Shown piece after piece: positions 14,938-28,415 of a stretch of DNA of 64,000 bases. The notes under the pieces are model-generated. The model worked only from the letters and a program-made list of their open reading frames with translations. It was not told where the DNA came from and made no database searches. Within the stretch, counting starts at the first letter, position 1, and every line of letters starts with the position of its first letter. The position numbers were made by a program, and so were the translations under genes. Source of the DNA: Botryllus schlosseri (Eukaryota); contig CM119378.1 in the NCBI GenBank assembly GCA_051294905.1, forward strand, positions 14,818,001 through 14,882,000, given 5' to 3'.

Positions 14938-15570
14938 ATGGCCGCCAACAGACCAGAACTCTACCAAGAAGTGAAGCTGTACACTTCGGCTCGCGAGCGC
15001 GAACACTACGATAACTTAGCGGAAGTCTACTCCATCGTCAAGACTCTGCAAGCGCTCGAGAAGGCCTACATCAAAGACTCGATAACGGCGAAGGAATACA
15101 CTGGCGCGTGCTCGCGCCTGCTGGCCCAATACAAGGCCGCGTTCAGGCAAGTGCAGGCCAGCTACCGTACTCTCGAGGACTTTGTGAAGGAGTATAGGCT
15201 GGAGAGTTGCTCGGCGGCTTTAGAGAGGATAAAAGAAGACAGGCCAATTACGATGAAAGACGACAAGGGGAATACAAGCAAGTGTATCGCGGACATCGTG
15301 TCGCTGTTTATAACGGTTATGGACAAGCTGAAACTGGAGATTAGGGCCAAGGACGAGATTCATCCTGATTTGAAGGACTTGACAGACAGCATGGAGCGTA
15401 TGAGCACTTTGCCGTCGGGTTTTGAAGGGAAGGCGCAAGTCGACAGGTGGTTGAGTACTTTGAACGGTATGGCGGCGTCAGACGAGTTGGATGAGAATCA
15501 AGTCAGACAAATGGTTTTCGATATGGAATCGGCGTACAACGCATTCAATAAATTCTTGCACGACTCGTAG
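14938..15570 (+). CDS. VPS28: ESCRT-I subunit VPS28, single coding exon, 210 aa
   Basis: Uninterrupted ORF with [60 protein letters not shown]...[15 protein letters not shown]. Confidence 0.97.
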   Translation: MAANRPELYQEVKLYTSAREREHYDNLAEVYSIVKTLQALEKAYIKDSITAKEYTGACSRLLAQYKAAFRQVQASYRTLEDFVKEYRLESCSAALERIKEDRPITMKDDKGNTSKCIADIVSLFITVMDKLKLEIRAKDEIHPDLKDLTDSMERMSTLPSGFEGKAQVDRWLSTLNGMAASDELDENQVRQMVFDMESAYNAFNKFLHDS

Positions 15571-16650
15571 TGCGTGTGACAAGAATAGCGGAAAGATTTT
15601 TCTATATCTGCTCTTCTGTATGACATACCGCTATCTGATCGCAATGACTGATCCCTATGAATGATCAAGAAGAATAGCGAATGCTTTCTTTGTAATTGAT
15701 GCGCGATTACCGAATTGAAGTGTAAATGTGATATTTAATGGATATGGCGTTTGTGTAATGATTTTTTAACACTAATCTTGCTACTGCAGTTGCAGAATTA
15801 GGCTTTAACACACATCGTGGGTTTTGTTTGGGTTTGACGTCGGGTTTGCCGGTGTCCCGATTTGTAACTCTCTTTTGAAAATCAGTTCCTTTACTGTTTT
15901 GTATTATTGTGTGTTTCGTTAATGTCATCAGTGATTTGCGATCAGGCCTTGGTACCCCGACTGTGCTGGCTGCACGCAGCAATGAAAATTGTCCTGACGA
16001 AATATGGCACATACCTGATTGGAATGATATCATCGGCATTCAGCACTATATTTACTAGCGGTCTAATCGAGTAATCAGTCGAAAACATTGGCCAGTCGAC
16101 TGTGAAGAGATTGGTAAAGTGCTCTGAATAATCCTTGGTTGCCGATCGCACTTGTGGCCCGCTAGGGTTTTGTAGGCGGGTGAGGGACATTGTTGAGAAC
16201 CATTGTACCTGATTTTTCGTATTTTAATTTAGGTGATCTGCCATATAAGTATTTCGTAGTGATTGCCTTAGCTGGTCGAATTTGAACTGTGAAGGATTTG
16301 TGCAGATGTGTTTTTAACATTAGCGCAATCCATTCCCTAGCCCGAAATTGGTTTGGATTTTCCGGTGACCTGGATATTGAAATATAGGTTTGAATCTGAT
16401 TTCGGGCAAGTCTGTGCAGTGTACATAAATAAGAATTTGTTCTAGGAGCGTAGAGGGTACCTCAATCCCACTCGGCAAGGCGCATATCACTGACTTGTCA
16501 GCTTCTTGTGTACATGTCCTTCACGCCGGCTTGCTGGATCTTTTATTTATGTTATTCATGTTTCCGTATTCATCAAATGTTATCGTGTGAAACACTGCAT
16601 ATATTTCCGTAAACTTAGATGTAACTTTGAAGCGTAGTGAATAGTGATAC

Positions 16651-19600
16651 ATGTCTAAGTCTATGCGTGACATGGGGAGAAGCACGAGACGCGAAGTGGC
16701 TCTGTGCTTGGCTCTGCTGTTGGGCGTCGCGTCGGTTACCATCTACTTGAACGTGTTCTCTGTTCACGGACAGTCTTCCACAGCCAAACTGCATCTGAAA
16801 AGCAGGTCGGGAATGCTATTTTCAGGCGTTCTTCAAAATATTCATGAAATGTCATTTGTAGGTTGTCTGCCGATTTCCGCGATGCGGATCTTCCCTCGGT
16901 CTCCAGAGAGAATACGGTCGTCCTGATTAGTAACGACTTTGGTCCTGTTCGCGGGGACTCCAATCACTCGATTTCATACGGTCGTGACAAATCTATGCCT
17001 TTCAACTCGGGTGAGCAGAGCGTATTGTAACGATTGAATATGATACTATTCCCATTATTAGGGTGAACATGACAAAAATACGTAAAAGTCAGTTGCAGTT
17101 CTAGCAATTCTAATTTTTCCATATTACAATGGTATTTCGGTTGATATAAGAGGGTATTGATCTTGAATGGCAGCCTTGTGATTATCAGTCATCTTAATGC
17201 GTCCTTTATTTAGGTTTAGCTGTCATTGGTGTGAAATCCATTCTGTCGCTCACACGATATCTAACTGCAAGGTTTAAGCGGTCTTGGTCCGGAAATTGGT
17301 TGGTTCTGGCTGACCAGTTTGTAGGAAATTGATTTGAAATATCAGGCGTTGCTCCTGATACCCTGTTTCCATGCTTACTGTAAGCCTCGCGACACGGTGT
17401 GGCTCGGAATTCCTCATACAATCAGAAGTTTGTAAAATATAAGGGAATAAATACTCTTAACTTTTTCGGAGTGCTCAAGTAGGTTTTGACAGAAGACCAC
17501 CCTGTGGTGTTCATTTTGGATTGGTTTGCATTGACACGAAGATACATCTTGAAATTGCGACTTCTCGATCAAGAAGTACTTTCAAAATGTATCAATTTAG
17601 ACTTTAACATGTCTTGAAAATGCTACCTGTAATTGAGTAGAAATTTACGGCATCACTCCTACTTGAGTAGCAATGCTAACTTTGACAACGTCTGAATATG
17701 AATTGTCATTGACAGGTGAAGTCTTCAGCCACGAGGAACTTCAGCATCACAAGAGCGAAACGGCGAAACACGCGTACAACGTTCTTATCAGCGACCGCAT
17801 CGGCTCGGTGGCTAGGCCCGTGCCTGACACAAGACACGAATTGTAAGATGTCGGTATCTAGTAGGCGTTGAAATGTGAATCCGTTTGACTTACGGCTCTT
17901 ACTCTGCCGACCCTTGTGGTATCTCGTGTGTCCACTGTCCACTTGTTGTTAAGACAGATGCACTTCAATGCTGTCAATGCGGGGTTCGCTTTTATCCATC
18001 TATTTTGTATTGATGATGTCATAGAGACTTTGTGGCACGTGCTCCTTTTCCATTTCGTGATATTTTTTTTTGTCACTATATACACTGTCCACTGCCTGAT
18101 CATTGATGTAGTTAACCATCGGACGGAAGCGGTAATCGTGACTAATGAGTGTTGCGGCATGCACGAATGCTAGAATAAATTTGCACCTAATTTCGACATT
18201 TTGTGCAGGATTTTTTCACCCCCTAAATAACTTTTATGGGAAAAAACTACTGTATTCAGCTGGTAAATCAACAATTGATAGGAGCCAATATTTGACACAC
18301 CTAAATTATACGTTAAATAAGACCACAGCATAATAAGAAACCCGTTGATTGATATAGCTTTAATAAATCCATGCAAGCTTTTCTGCGATCGTTGCATCTG
18401 GCAGTGTTCAAAGGCTTTCCGTGATTTTCAACCTTTACATCGACTAGTTTCGAAATGCTTTGTGAATCACTACTGAAACACGAGAAATTTCGACTCTACG
18501 CCGCCTCACTCATGCTTGTCCTGCTCGCAGGTGTCAAAAGAAGACTTATTCGAACATAAGCATCACCGCGTCCGTGATCATATGTTTTCATAAAGAGGCT
18601 TACTCCGCTCTATTAAGGACGGTCGCGTCCGTGGTGGAACGGACCCCGCCTCAGTTGCTGCAAGAAGTCATTTTAGTGAACGATTTTAGCGGTAATATAT
18701 CAAATTCGTTGTCTCGGGCGTAGCTGCATCTCATTCCGATCGAATTTCAGGTGACGGCGTTGCCGAAGTTTCGGAATATTTGAATCAAAATTATCCGTAT
18801 GGCAAAGTTTCTATGGTACACACCGGCGCGAGACTGGGTCTTGTCGGGGCGAGGTTGATGGGAGCAAAACACGCTGCCGGTGGGTAAACGTGTGGCTGGA
18901 ATGCTGTTGCTAAGCAGTTTTTTATGACAATCCCAAGTTGTTGTGTTATTCTTACGATAATGATTAGTGCCTGTTTATGTCGCAGACACCGTGTTTTATC
19001 CAAATTGCACAGCTGTAAGTGAACAGAGGCGGTCAGTAAGGTAGTACTTCTACTTTTTCCTGAAATCATTTTGCCGATTTGCACCAATTACTGAAGTGGT
19101 TCTGATTTTAGACTAAACTTCCGTGTTGCTTTGAGCAAAACTGAGTTCGTGAGTTTTCAGTTCATTGTATAGTTCCATTTACGTAGTTTTACCATATCTT
19201 GGAAACTTTTGCTTAGAGTAATTCAATAGAAATTTGTGGCGTTACTTTGGTAGTAACGCCTACCACCTCTGGCAAGCGAGGCCTGAAGTGTTGCAATGCA
19301 GCGGGAAAAGTGTGTTGGGGGGGTTGTCGGTGTTGAAGCGATACCTCAGTGTCCATAAGTTAATTTTTATTTTGTAGGTGACGTGCTCATTTTCTTGGAT
19401 TCTCACTGTGAGCCTAACGTCGGTTGGATTGAGCCTTTGCTGGACTTGGTACAGAAAGACAGGTATTAGACCATTTTCTGTTTTGTTATAGTCGGGAGTT
19501 ATTTGTTCCCATGTCCACTCGTTATTTAATATGCAGTACGATATAAGCGACTCTGTGTTTTTTTTTTTGCACACAATCTTGACTTTTTGGGGGTGCAATC

Positions 19601-22600
19601 GGTGGTGACAGCACGTCTGACATTCTGCTCAGATGCGCACATACTGCATACAGCGATGGTCAGTAACGAAGTTGGAGTGCTCAAGTTGGTTTTGCTTACT
19701 GAAACTGAGGCGGATGGATATGCTTTTCGACTACATACACTTGAACAGATTTCAGTTTTCTAGGCCAAGTTACATACTTATACTTGGCTGTGAAATCACT
19801 ACTTCTTCTTACGTAGACTTCTACTTCCACTTGAGTACCAACGTTGACTAGTTTGACCACCTTCGACTGCATATTTTGTGTCGCTGTCCAACTGGAAACA
19901 ATGTACGTAGGCCGATTACATTATAATCATACTCGGCTGCATACCTTCGTTGTGTTATCGATATACCTAGACACGAGTAATCTGAAATATTTCGTGCGAT
20001 TGTTTTCCAGAAAAACTGTGGTTTGCCCTATTGTTGACATCATCAGTTCCGACACGCTGGTGTACAAATCTTCGCCTGTACTCAGAGGTGGATTCAACTG
20101 GGGATTGCATTTCGCTTGGGAAGCGTTGCCAAAGCAGCCGGAGGTATTGCGTTCTCGCAGTTGACGATTAGCGTGTGAATCAATGAAATCCCTGCGATAT
20201 TTCAGGACGTTTCTTTGCCTTTCCTATCTCCTACAATGCCGGGAGGGTTGTTTGCCATCAACCGGCTGTATTTCCAAGAGATCGGTTCTTACGATGAAGA
20301 TATGAAGGAATGGGGCGGTTCGTTACTTTTCCTTTGCGTCACATTGCTCTTTGTTGTGAAATGTTAAAAAGAAGGAACAGTAACACAAATTATAAAATTT
20401 GCTTTGCCACACATTTATTGTTAGGGCTGGAGAAAATCGAGTACCTGGGTGATTTTATTCCGAGTTGAGTGTTGGGCTTTGTGTAGAGCAGGGGTCTCAA
20501 ACTTGAATGTGCTTGCGGGCCAATTTCCTAGTTTTTGATGACACCGTGGCCCGCATCATCAATAATAGGGGTATTCAATGTCTGCTACGGGTCATGTTTT
20601 ATCATCCTGAATAGGCAATAGCATATGTTACAACGCATCGTAGCATTTGAAAGTGATGTGATACTGAAGTTTGATGAGTAGCCTAAAGTTTTTTAAGAGT
20701 GAATTTAGAGCAATTTTAGAGTGAACTTTGAGTTTTCAAATCTGAAAAAAGATATGTGGCACTTCGATATTGTCAAAAATTTGAAAATCCTAAATTTCGA
20801 CATGGGCAACCACAAAAGGTGGCCTGCGGGGGCCCCATGTTTGAGAGCCCTGGAGTAGAGCGTTCTACTACCGCCTATTATGATATCAAAAACGGTATTA
20901 TCAATGTGGAAAGTTTAAAAATGTATCCTTTTTGCTGACACAAGGAAAATACCGGCAGTTACGCGTCATGAATAATGATTTTGTATTTCTGGACCATGGC
21001 TACTTCATAGCGCTTTGTGACAATCCTGCAGAAATGTGATTTCAACCAACATGCGTTGCTTTGTGCAGCCTGTTTAGAATGCTGAGTTATGAACAACCAA
21101 GATTTCGAGGCTCTTGCGGTCGGACGAAAGCCCGTTTTTCCATTGATACAATATCGCTTGGTGTGAAGGGTGGATATTATTTTACTTAAAAGCATCTACT
21201 CTCGCTATCCGACTTGAATCATTACAATTGATGCTGGAATCGTTGTGCCATGGATTAATGCCATATCAAAATCCGAGTTGAAAATTGTAAATCTATATCA
21301 GGAATGATGTTTTAGTGCAATTCTATCTTTTCTTTTCCAATTCACTCGCTCATTTTGTTTAAACTTGATGACAGGTGAAAACCTGGAATTGTCGTTTCGT
21401 TTATGGATGTGCGGAGGTCGCCTCTTGATGGCGCCATGTTCAAGAGTGGGGCACATCTTCAGACGACGGCGTCCTAACGCCATCGCTGGGGTGGGGTAGC
21501 ACTGCGCTTCTTCCAAATTTCTACTGTTGAATCTATCGTTTTCAATTCAGGCCGATAATCCAACGATAAATGCGGCCCGGCTTGCTGAGGTGTGGATGGA
21601 CGATTTCAAAACTTATTTCTTCAAGCAGAGGCCGGCCGCTGTAGCAATCAATTTCGGAGACGTGTCAGCCAGGAGGAAGCTACGCGACGGTTTGAAGTGT
21701 CGTTCGTTTCAATGGTGAGCTGACGTGATGTAACTACTCAACGTTGCTCCTCAATCAGATACAGAAAAACACGCTGTATATTTCTACACAATATTACTCA
21801 ACGAAGGTGTGAATAGTACTAAAATGATTTGTTTCAACAATTAGATTTCAATGAGGGCTCACATACTTACACCGGTTATTTGGAGGTGGTTACTTTTGAA
21901 AGTTGTTGGCAGGGTTGTGACCAAGTCGCAAGGTTCCGAGTCGCAAGTCAATCTCACTTTTATAGTTTCGACTCGAGTCAAGTCGAGTCTTTTTCAATTC
22001 ACCACCGAGTCAAGTCCGAGTCATAGAGTAGAAGGTCGAGTCCGGGTCTAGTGTTGTCACTCGAGTCTAAGTCATTGTGTTCACTCTTCAGCTTTGAGTT
22101 TAATCTGGTGAACCCACTTTTTGAACTCTGCTGCAGTGATATACAATGGCTCGCATTGATATTATTGTAATTTTCCTCAGTCCTAACAGTTTCTGGCCAT
22201 ATTATCCAAATATCAGGACGGACAGACGAAGTACCTAACAATAATGTGGTGACTTTTCTATTCCAAGTTACATTGAAGTGTCTGTCTTGGCCGTCCTAGT
22301 CTCGAGTCATGCACAATGACACCAATGAGTGGAGAATTGGAATGTGGTGATACGATTGTTGACATGCAATGTTCTTTGCAATTCTCTACTAGCGGCAGAC
22401 GATTATCCCTGACGGGTGTCAGCCGAAAATATGGGGGCTCATTTCAATATGGATATGCTATTCAGAAGTGAAAGCAGTCTGAAAATATAACGAAGTACGA
22501 AACACATACGTGAGTGCACCGCATTGCAAAACTGTATACCGTATTCCGTTCAGGTACTTGGATCAGGTTTATCCGGAGATGGAAATACCCGGGAAGAGAC

Positions 22601-24295
22601 CGAGCAAAATCACGTACCATCGTCCTTCCGACAACGATCGCAAAAGCGATTTCAAGGCCGGCATGATCAAGGTGGCCGATCTGGACCTCTGCCTGCATAG
22701 CGACGAGAGTAAAGGCGCGGCGATTACCGCCCGGAAATGCGACGGCAACTCGCGATCGCAGATCTGGAGATACACCGCGTGGGGTGAGTGATCGAAGGTG
22801 ATCAAAGTAGTCAGCGTTGGACTTGAATAATAACAAATTTTGACATGAAAAAAACTTCATTTATACGAAATCTGGCCCTATGAAGAATTCCAGTAGTTAC
22901 ATCACGTATTATGGTAGAAATAATTGAAATTTGTTGTAGTACAATGAAAGATACTTTCCTACATTCTCGGGTAGAAAGTGTCTGTCCTCACTAAGTAGCT
23001 TGTCAAGAATATAGAAAGAATGTTCAACAGCAGCATTTGTTGGCTGACAACACTGACGTTGTGCGTACACTGCTGGTGACAAACTGTGTTGCTTCGTTCT
23101 GGCAATGGTGTCTACATCACAATTTTTCATTATGCGCTTCTTGATATATGAACCATGCAATGCCCAAGCAGTCTTGCTTCAGTTGGGTTATTACAGTACG
23201 TTGACAATAACACCATGTCAACCTGTTTGTTTCATTTGACCGTTTTTGATTCACAATGAGCAGACAATGGGCCGTCTACAACGGTAGGCCTATAAAGTAG
23301 GCGACAAGCTGTAAAATATCAAATGATAAGTTCACTGATAGTGCAAAATCTAAGACACAAACGAAATGGAGGGGTCAAAAAGTTTATACTTTGGAAACAA
23401 TTCTGACAATTTTTTGACCTAGCGCTTCAATTTTGACATGTCAAAAAAAATAGCCCTACTTATAACAGTTAATCAGAGGTAGCTACTTTCGAATATGCGA
23501 GATGTGTCTTATTGACTAACGCAAAATGACTAACGATACTGCAAATAGATGCAATTTTTACAAATGCATTCGTTTACCGTGGTATAGAGGCTATTTCGCC
23601 GGTTATTATGACATTTGCTGATAAAATTGATGCAAACACATCACACAACGACTTTCTACTTAACTAAATTTAAAGTGTTGAAGGTAAATACTTTTGACTG
23701 ATAAAACTGGTAGTAGTAGTAGGATCAGCCTGAAAACAGAACGACGTGAACTTGCATACCGTATCATAGAATCATTAACCACAATCTCTGGTAGTCATTA
23801 TTCTCAATCGGGGTCTGATCGAAATTGGTAATGTGTTTGTCGCTTGCCCGTCTCCAGGGGAGTTGAGGCTGGGAATGGATTCGCGTCTCTGTGTCGATTC
23901 TTCTGCCGGCGAGAACCCCAGGCTGCTAAAATGCACCGTCGAAGAAGGCCCGCAAAAATGGAGATTTTATCCAGCGGTGGGTGTTACCTTTGTGCAGTTA
24001 AGTGTGTGTACTTTAAGATCTGTTCTTGCCTACTCCTACGCACAACCCTTCTTAGACACTGTGTGGTTAGACCTTCGCTCTTGTACTGCAGCGTTACATA
24101 TCTTGCAGAAATGTTCACCGGTTGCAATCCTTCATTCAGAATGGCGAAAAGACGGAACTAACCGGGCGTCTCTATAGCATTTCTGAGGGATTATGCCTGC
24201 AATTGCGCGGAGGCGGCCAGTCGGACAAGTACGAACTGATCATGCAGCTATGCGGTAGCCCTTCGGTACAAACGTTCACGATGAAGTCTCTCTGA
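16651..24295 (+). CDS. GALNT11: Polypeptide N-acetylgalactosaminyltransferase, GALNT11-like, 13 exons: 16651-16805, 16862-17010, 17716-17842, 18531-18691, 18751-18879, 19378-19462, 20011-20143, 20206-20317, 21375-21490, 21551-21714, 22554-22783, 23858-23976, 24140-24295 (~611 aa)
   Basis: N-terminal signal anchor, [26 protein letters not shown] (DxH), [31 protein letters not shown] (GALNT11-type), [34 protein letters not shown] and a C-terminal ricin lectin domain. All exon phases are consistent. The subfamily call rests on recalled motifs. Confidence 0.9.
20489..20852. mobile_element. hAT-type MITE in a GALNT intron
   Basis: TIR CAGGGGTCTCAAAC / GTTTGAGAGCCCTG, with 8-bp TSD GTGTAGAG/GAGTAGAG (1 mismatch). 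Confidence 0.8.
21910..22070. repeat. GAGTC/GACTC-rich MITE-like repeat
   Basis: Many CGAGTC units after CAGGGTTGTGAC. Confidence 0.5.
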
Positions 24296-25014
24296 TTACC
24301 CAGCTCTAAGCTCTTTTACTAATCACTGTATTGGATTTGTACCTTTTTTACGATTTCTCATTGTATTGCAATCTTGAGATGGTCTGTCTCCTGTAGTTTT
24401 CATGGACTACGACACACATGTTCCTGATTCTATTTCATATGCACAATATTTGGTAGCGTGTTGTGTGTTGCTGATCATAAGGCGTTTTACCTTTTGTTGC
24501 GGTTTCTGTATGCAAAGCGTTTGATCTGCAACAATGTTGATTGATATATGAAAGGATTGTCTTCTTTTTGTCGGGTAGTGGGTTATGCGGGTATTTGTCA
24601 GCGACTGCCGACGTGGGTCGCTTCTGCTGTAAGGTATGATTGCGTATGTTACGCCGGTCCCACTGATGTTGGCAGCGTATATTTTGTTTCTGATATTACT
24701 GCGGTAGGCTGGATAGTGGATACGCAGGTTGCAGTGAGGTTCGTGGTTGGTGATCGAGGCACCGACCACTTTGGAGTGTAGTAGCCTAATTTTATACCCA
24801 AATTGCGGCTTCAACTTGACTTATCAAATTAGCAGTCTGCCAGAAAATGCTTGTATTTGTATGCTAACCGGCAAATTAACGGGTGTGGTCATTGGTCAAA
24901 GTAGTCGCTGTTGGTACAGAACTAGAATTTGCGCCGTACGATTATACTTTATGACGTGTCATTGCTACTTAGCTTGGGAAATTTCTGACACGCTTTTCTT
25001 CACTGTTGTACGTT

Positions 25015-25340
25015 CTCGGTTCGGTTTATTAGCAATTTTTATCAGTTCAATACACCACAAAAATTGCGATACAGCCTAATGAGAAGATAGGAAGGTGTCG
25101 AAACGACTTGGACGCTGTCAAATCAGGTGATGCAGCTACGACGGCTGGCGATTACACCGACGAGTGTCAGATGAAAATATTCGGGTTTGTTGTACCAATA
25201 GGCCTATATTGAATTAATTATTCAAGAGTCCGATATTATGAAGCAAGTTCAGTTCGGTTCATTAACAATTTTATCAGTTGAACGCCACAAGATTGTGATT
25301 CAGTGAAAAGATAGGTATAAGTTGTCGAAACGACTTGGAG
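25015..25340. repeat. Diverged direct duplication of ~100 bp, spaced ~230 bp apart
   Basis: CAATTTT(T)ATCAGTT..CCACAA..AAGATAGG..TGTCGAAACGACTTGGA occurs twice. Confidence 0.7.
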
Positions 25341-25539
25341 CAGTCTCTGATATCAAACGGCCACCTACACGCCTATAGGCGATGTAAAGACGAGGCACGC
25401 ACGCCGCACACTGAAAGAAAAGTAAAACATGACAAGCGACAAAATGTGGTGGAAGGTGAGATCGATATGTCAGGACGTGGTCCAGTAGCCTAATAATCAA
25501 GAATAAATTGCTTGTGCAAAATAGTCGAAAAAAGGTCAA

Positions 25540-25790
25540 CTTTCTCGCCCAGCGACCAAAATACAGTTTTTTTCTTCACATCATCAAGTGGTTGAATAAA
25601 AAAGGTCAACTTTCCAGCTCAGCTCGCGAAATGCCAGCCAGAGCGTTACTTCGATGCTGATTTACGGCATCAGAGTCGAATTTGGTCGTAACTTTGACCA
25701 ATATTCTCAAAAAAGGGCACAAAATCTAAAAAAAAAAAGAGGTCGAAAGGGCGTCCTCCGAGGACACTTTCAAAAAAGTCTAACTCTAAC
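25540..25790 (-). mobile_element. Truncated inverted fragment of the same hAT MITE family
   Basis: AAAGGGCGTCCTCCGAGGACACTTTCAAAAAAGT is the reverse complement of the internal segment of the 36804 and 45131 copies. Confidence 0.7.
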
Positions 25791-26046
25791 TTCTTCAACA
25801 ACACTGAGGCCAGCATATTCTGATTGTTCGCCACGCATTCTTCTTTTCTGCGAACTCTCCGAACAATCGGCCTTGACGGCTATTTCGGAGTGGTTCCGTC
25901 GCCATGTTAACATATTAATTGGTGTTTTCGGAATCAGCGCGACACTAGCTTTCGATTGAGACCTGTTTCATTAAATTTTAGTTCTGCCAGCTACAGGACT
26001 ACCAAACGCTTCTTTTAGCCGCCGTGTGTATATACGTACACTGTGT

Positions 26047-26298
26047 CGAGCGAGATAGTGTAACGGCGATGCGTTCGGCTTCTTGATCGGTAGGTCGTGG
26101 GTTCGATCCCAGGCCGGGTCAGACCAAAGACTCGAAAACTGGTATCCGTGGTTATCTCGCTAGTGCTCGGCGCTCAGCAACCACGGAGGAGAAAAAAGGG
26201 GGGTGCAGACTAGATGACCTCACTGTAAAGTCCGTATCGCATCTCCGTCGTCAAAACATTTCAATGGTGCAGGCGAAAAAGAATACCAGATCTCTCTC
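26047..26298 (+). mobile_element. tRNA-derived SINE, family A, with LINE-like 3' tail
   Basis: GAGATAGTGTAACGG..GGTTCGATCCC..CAGACCAAAGAC body, with tail CAGACTAGATGACCT...TCTCTCTC. Confidence 0.8.
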
Positions 26299-26734
26299 AC
26301 TGTGCAGCCTCATTTTGCCGCCCCCTTAGAGCCTGCCGCCCCTGGCGCAGAGCCAAAAACGCCAATGTGGCTGCTACGCCACTGCCTATATGCCCACTTA
26401 TCCTGCTGTCCACTGTGGCGAACCAAGCTTACCGAGCAATAGGCAGATATCCAACGGGGAAGACAACCCACAAGTCGTGGACTCGCGAAGGCGAAGGTTT
26501 TCAATCACCAAGTTGAGAATCATCCGATTGTTTCCCCCTTCGTCACATCATGGATTGGTTCCGTAAACGGCTCCGATCTGTTGTGGTGCTTATCAAATAT
26601 ACTGAGACGCGTAAGTCTTGTTTAGTAGGTAATTTGATGGATTGGGATGGGGTTATTATTAATTAATAATAATAATAATAATAATTTAATTTTGATAAAA
26701 TTATTATTGTAGGTAGCGGAAGAGATAAAGATAT

Positions 26735-27019
26735 GAAGCGATGCGTGTCGCCTTTTTCGCAAGTCCTACCTCAAATTCATTCGTTCTGGCATTGTCTGTC
26801 ATTTGCGTGAAGAAGCTTCTGTAGCTGGTTAGTAGTAATACCGTGATCGGTACGTCCGCTCGGTTATCAGTTATTCGCGATCACATGCATGGTCGATAAT
26901 GAATGTAGCAAGTGAAGTCCTCAGGTGTACAACGGAAACGCGTAAAAACGTGGCTCCACTGTAAAGCTGTTTGTACCGCATGTCACTCTCGCGCTCCATT
27001 GGCTATGTCACGTGGTCTC
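26735..27019 (+). promoter_or_regulatory. Host-gene promoter with motifs shared with the Pumilio promoter
   Basis: GAAGCGATGCGTGTCGC 26735-26751, TCATTTGCGTG, and CCATTGGCTATGTCACGTGGTCTC 26996-27019 (ATTGG plus a GTCACGTG E-box). Confidence 0.7.
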
Positions 27020-27870
27020 TCCGAGCTCAACTAAAAACCGCGCAGACGCCGAGTGGAGGATTGATCACAGTAGCAAATGCATAGTATATGCATCCGGAGA
27101 CATCGCCTGATCGGTTGGATTGTTTTAGGTGAGTGTTCTATAAAACTAAAGTTGAACATATTGTTTATTCTCATAATCCTTCATTGGATGCCGTATCTAC
27201 TCGTTGATACATATATCCTTTCGCAATAGGGCGAAGCTACGTAGGCATTGGCGCATTGCTGACTACGTAGACCTACAATGCAAAATAAGGGCCGATACTT
27301 TTATCAACTTGTAACTGTGGTTAACTGAATGTAAATAGAAAAAAGGCAAAGAAAAATTTGAAGTTAATAACTTGTCACCTGATTTAGAGCATTGAGATGT
27401 TTCTTTACTTTTCATTCATTGTACATGCCTCCTCTTTACATCGCTGGGTGTCTGATTCTGTAGACTACTCGAAGTCGCTTCGACACCTTCTGTCTTTTCA
27501 TTGTATCGCATTTTTGTGGTGTATTGAACTGATGAAAATTGCTAATGAACCAATGATGATAATGAAACAGCTTTGCCTAGACGTGTGCCATTAACTATTA
27601 GCTCAGAAATCACCTTTTGTAAGTGTTGTGCGTGATATTTCGACTTAACCATTGCCTGTTCAACGTATTATGTAATTGTATTACACTGTCGTTTCTGGTT
27701 TTTAATTATCACTGCCTTTGTGTTGCAGCTATATGAATGTGAGCAAAGGGAGGATGCGTGCTCTACTGTACTACTATAGCCTATTGTAGCATGGTCAGCT
27801 CCGTCTGCAATTTCTTCAGCATGCTCCTGTCTGTTTGGTGAGTTGAGAATCTGATTCTTGATTATATTGT

Positions 27871-27933
27871 TGCTTGTGATGACAACCTCATATCTATGAA
27901 TGTTCATGTATAAACGTCCGTGTTACTGAAGCA
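27871..27933 (+). ncRNA. C/D-box snoRNA, U18-like guide, copy 1
   Basis: C box GTGATGA 27876, D box CTGA 27926, terminal stem TGCT/AGCA, guide GTCCGTGTT complementary to conserved 28S AACACGGAC. Confidence 0.8.
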
Positions 27934-28150
27934 TCGAATAGTATAGTACAAGTAGAATAGGGAATTTCAATCTTATTGACATTGAACATCTTTCCTAGAC
28001 GGTATACGGTGCTACAAGTGTCAACCCACGAAGATCTGTCAACTATGACATCATACAACACCTTACCTTGAAGATCCTTGGAGCCCGCAGTCATCAAATC
28101 ATGGTCCCGTCATCTTGGTGAGTTTACAATCTATTTCATGACTCTATGCC

Positions 28151-28219
28151 AGCTTATGATGATAACTATACAAGACTTCTATGAATCTCTTATGTATAAT
28201 TGTCCGTGTTACTGAAGCA
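28151..28219 (+). ncRNA. C/D-box snoRNA, U18-like guide, copy 2
   Basis: C box ATGATGA 28156, D box CTGA 28212, stem GCT/AGC, same guide GTCCGTGTTA-CTGA. Confidence 0.8.
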
Positions 28220-28415
28220 TCGAACTGTATGTTGAGAGTAGTAAAGTGACAATCAGTCCTTCCTTCTTACTGACATTGACCTGTTTTGTAGCTATGGGCA
28301 GGACGATCTCTATGTCACGTCGCTTTGGTTCTTCTCACAGGCACCACAGCATGAGCCTGTCGGTTGTCTACAGTTGATCAACGGTGAGCATTGAATCACT
28401 TTTTATCCCAATTAT

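Noticed and set aside
12361-16651. Operon with SL trans-splicing for DISP-VPS28-GALNT
   Set aside because: Co-orientation alone is insufficient, gaps are 1-2.6 kb, and the species is unknown
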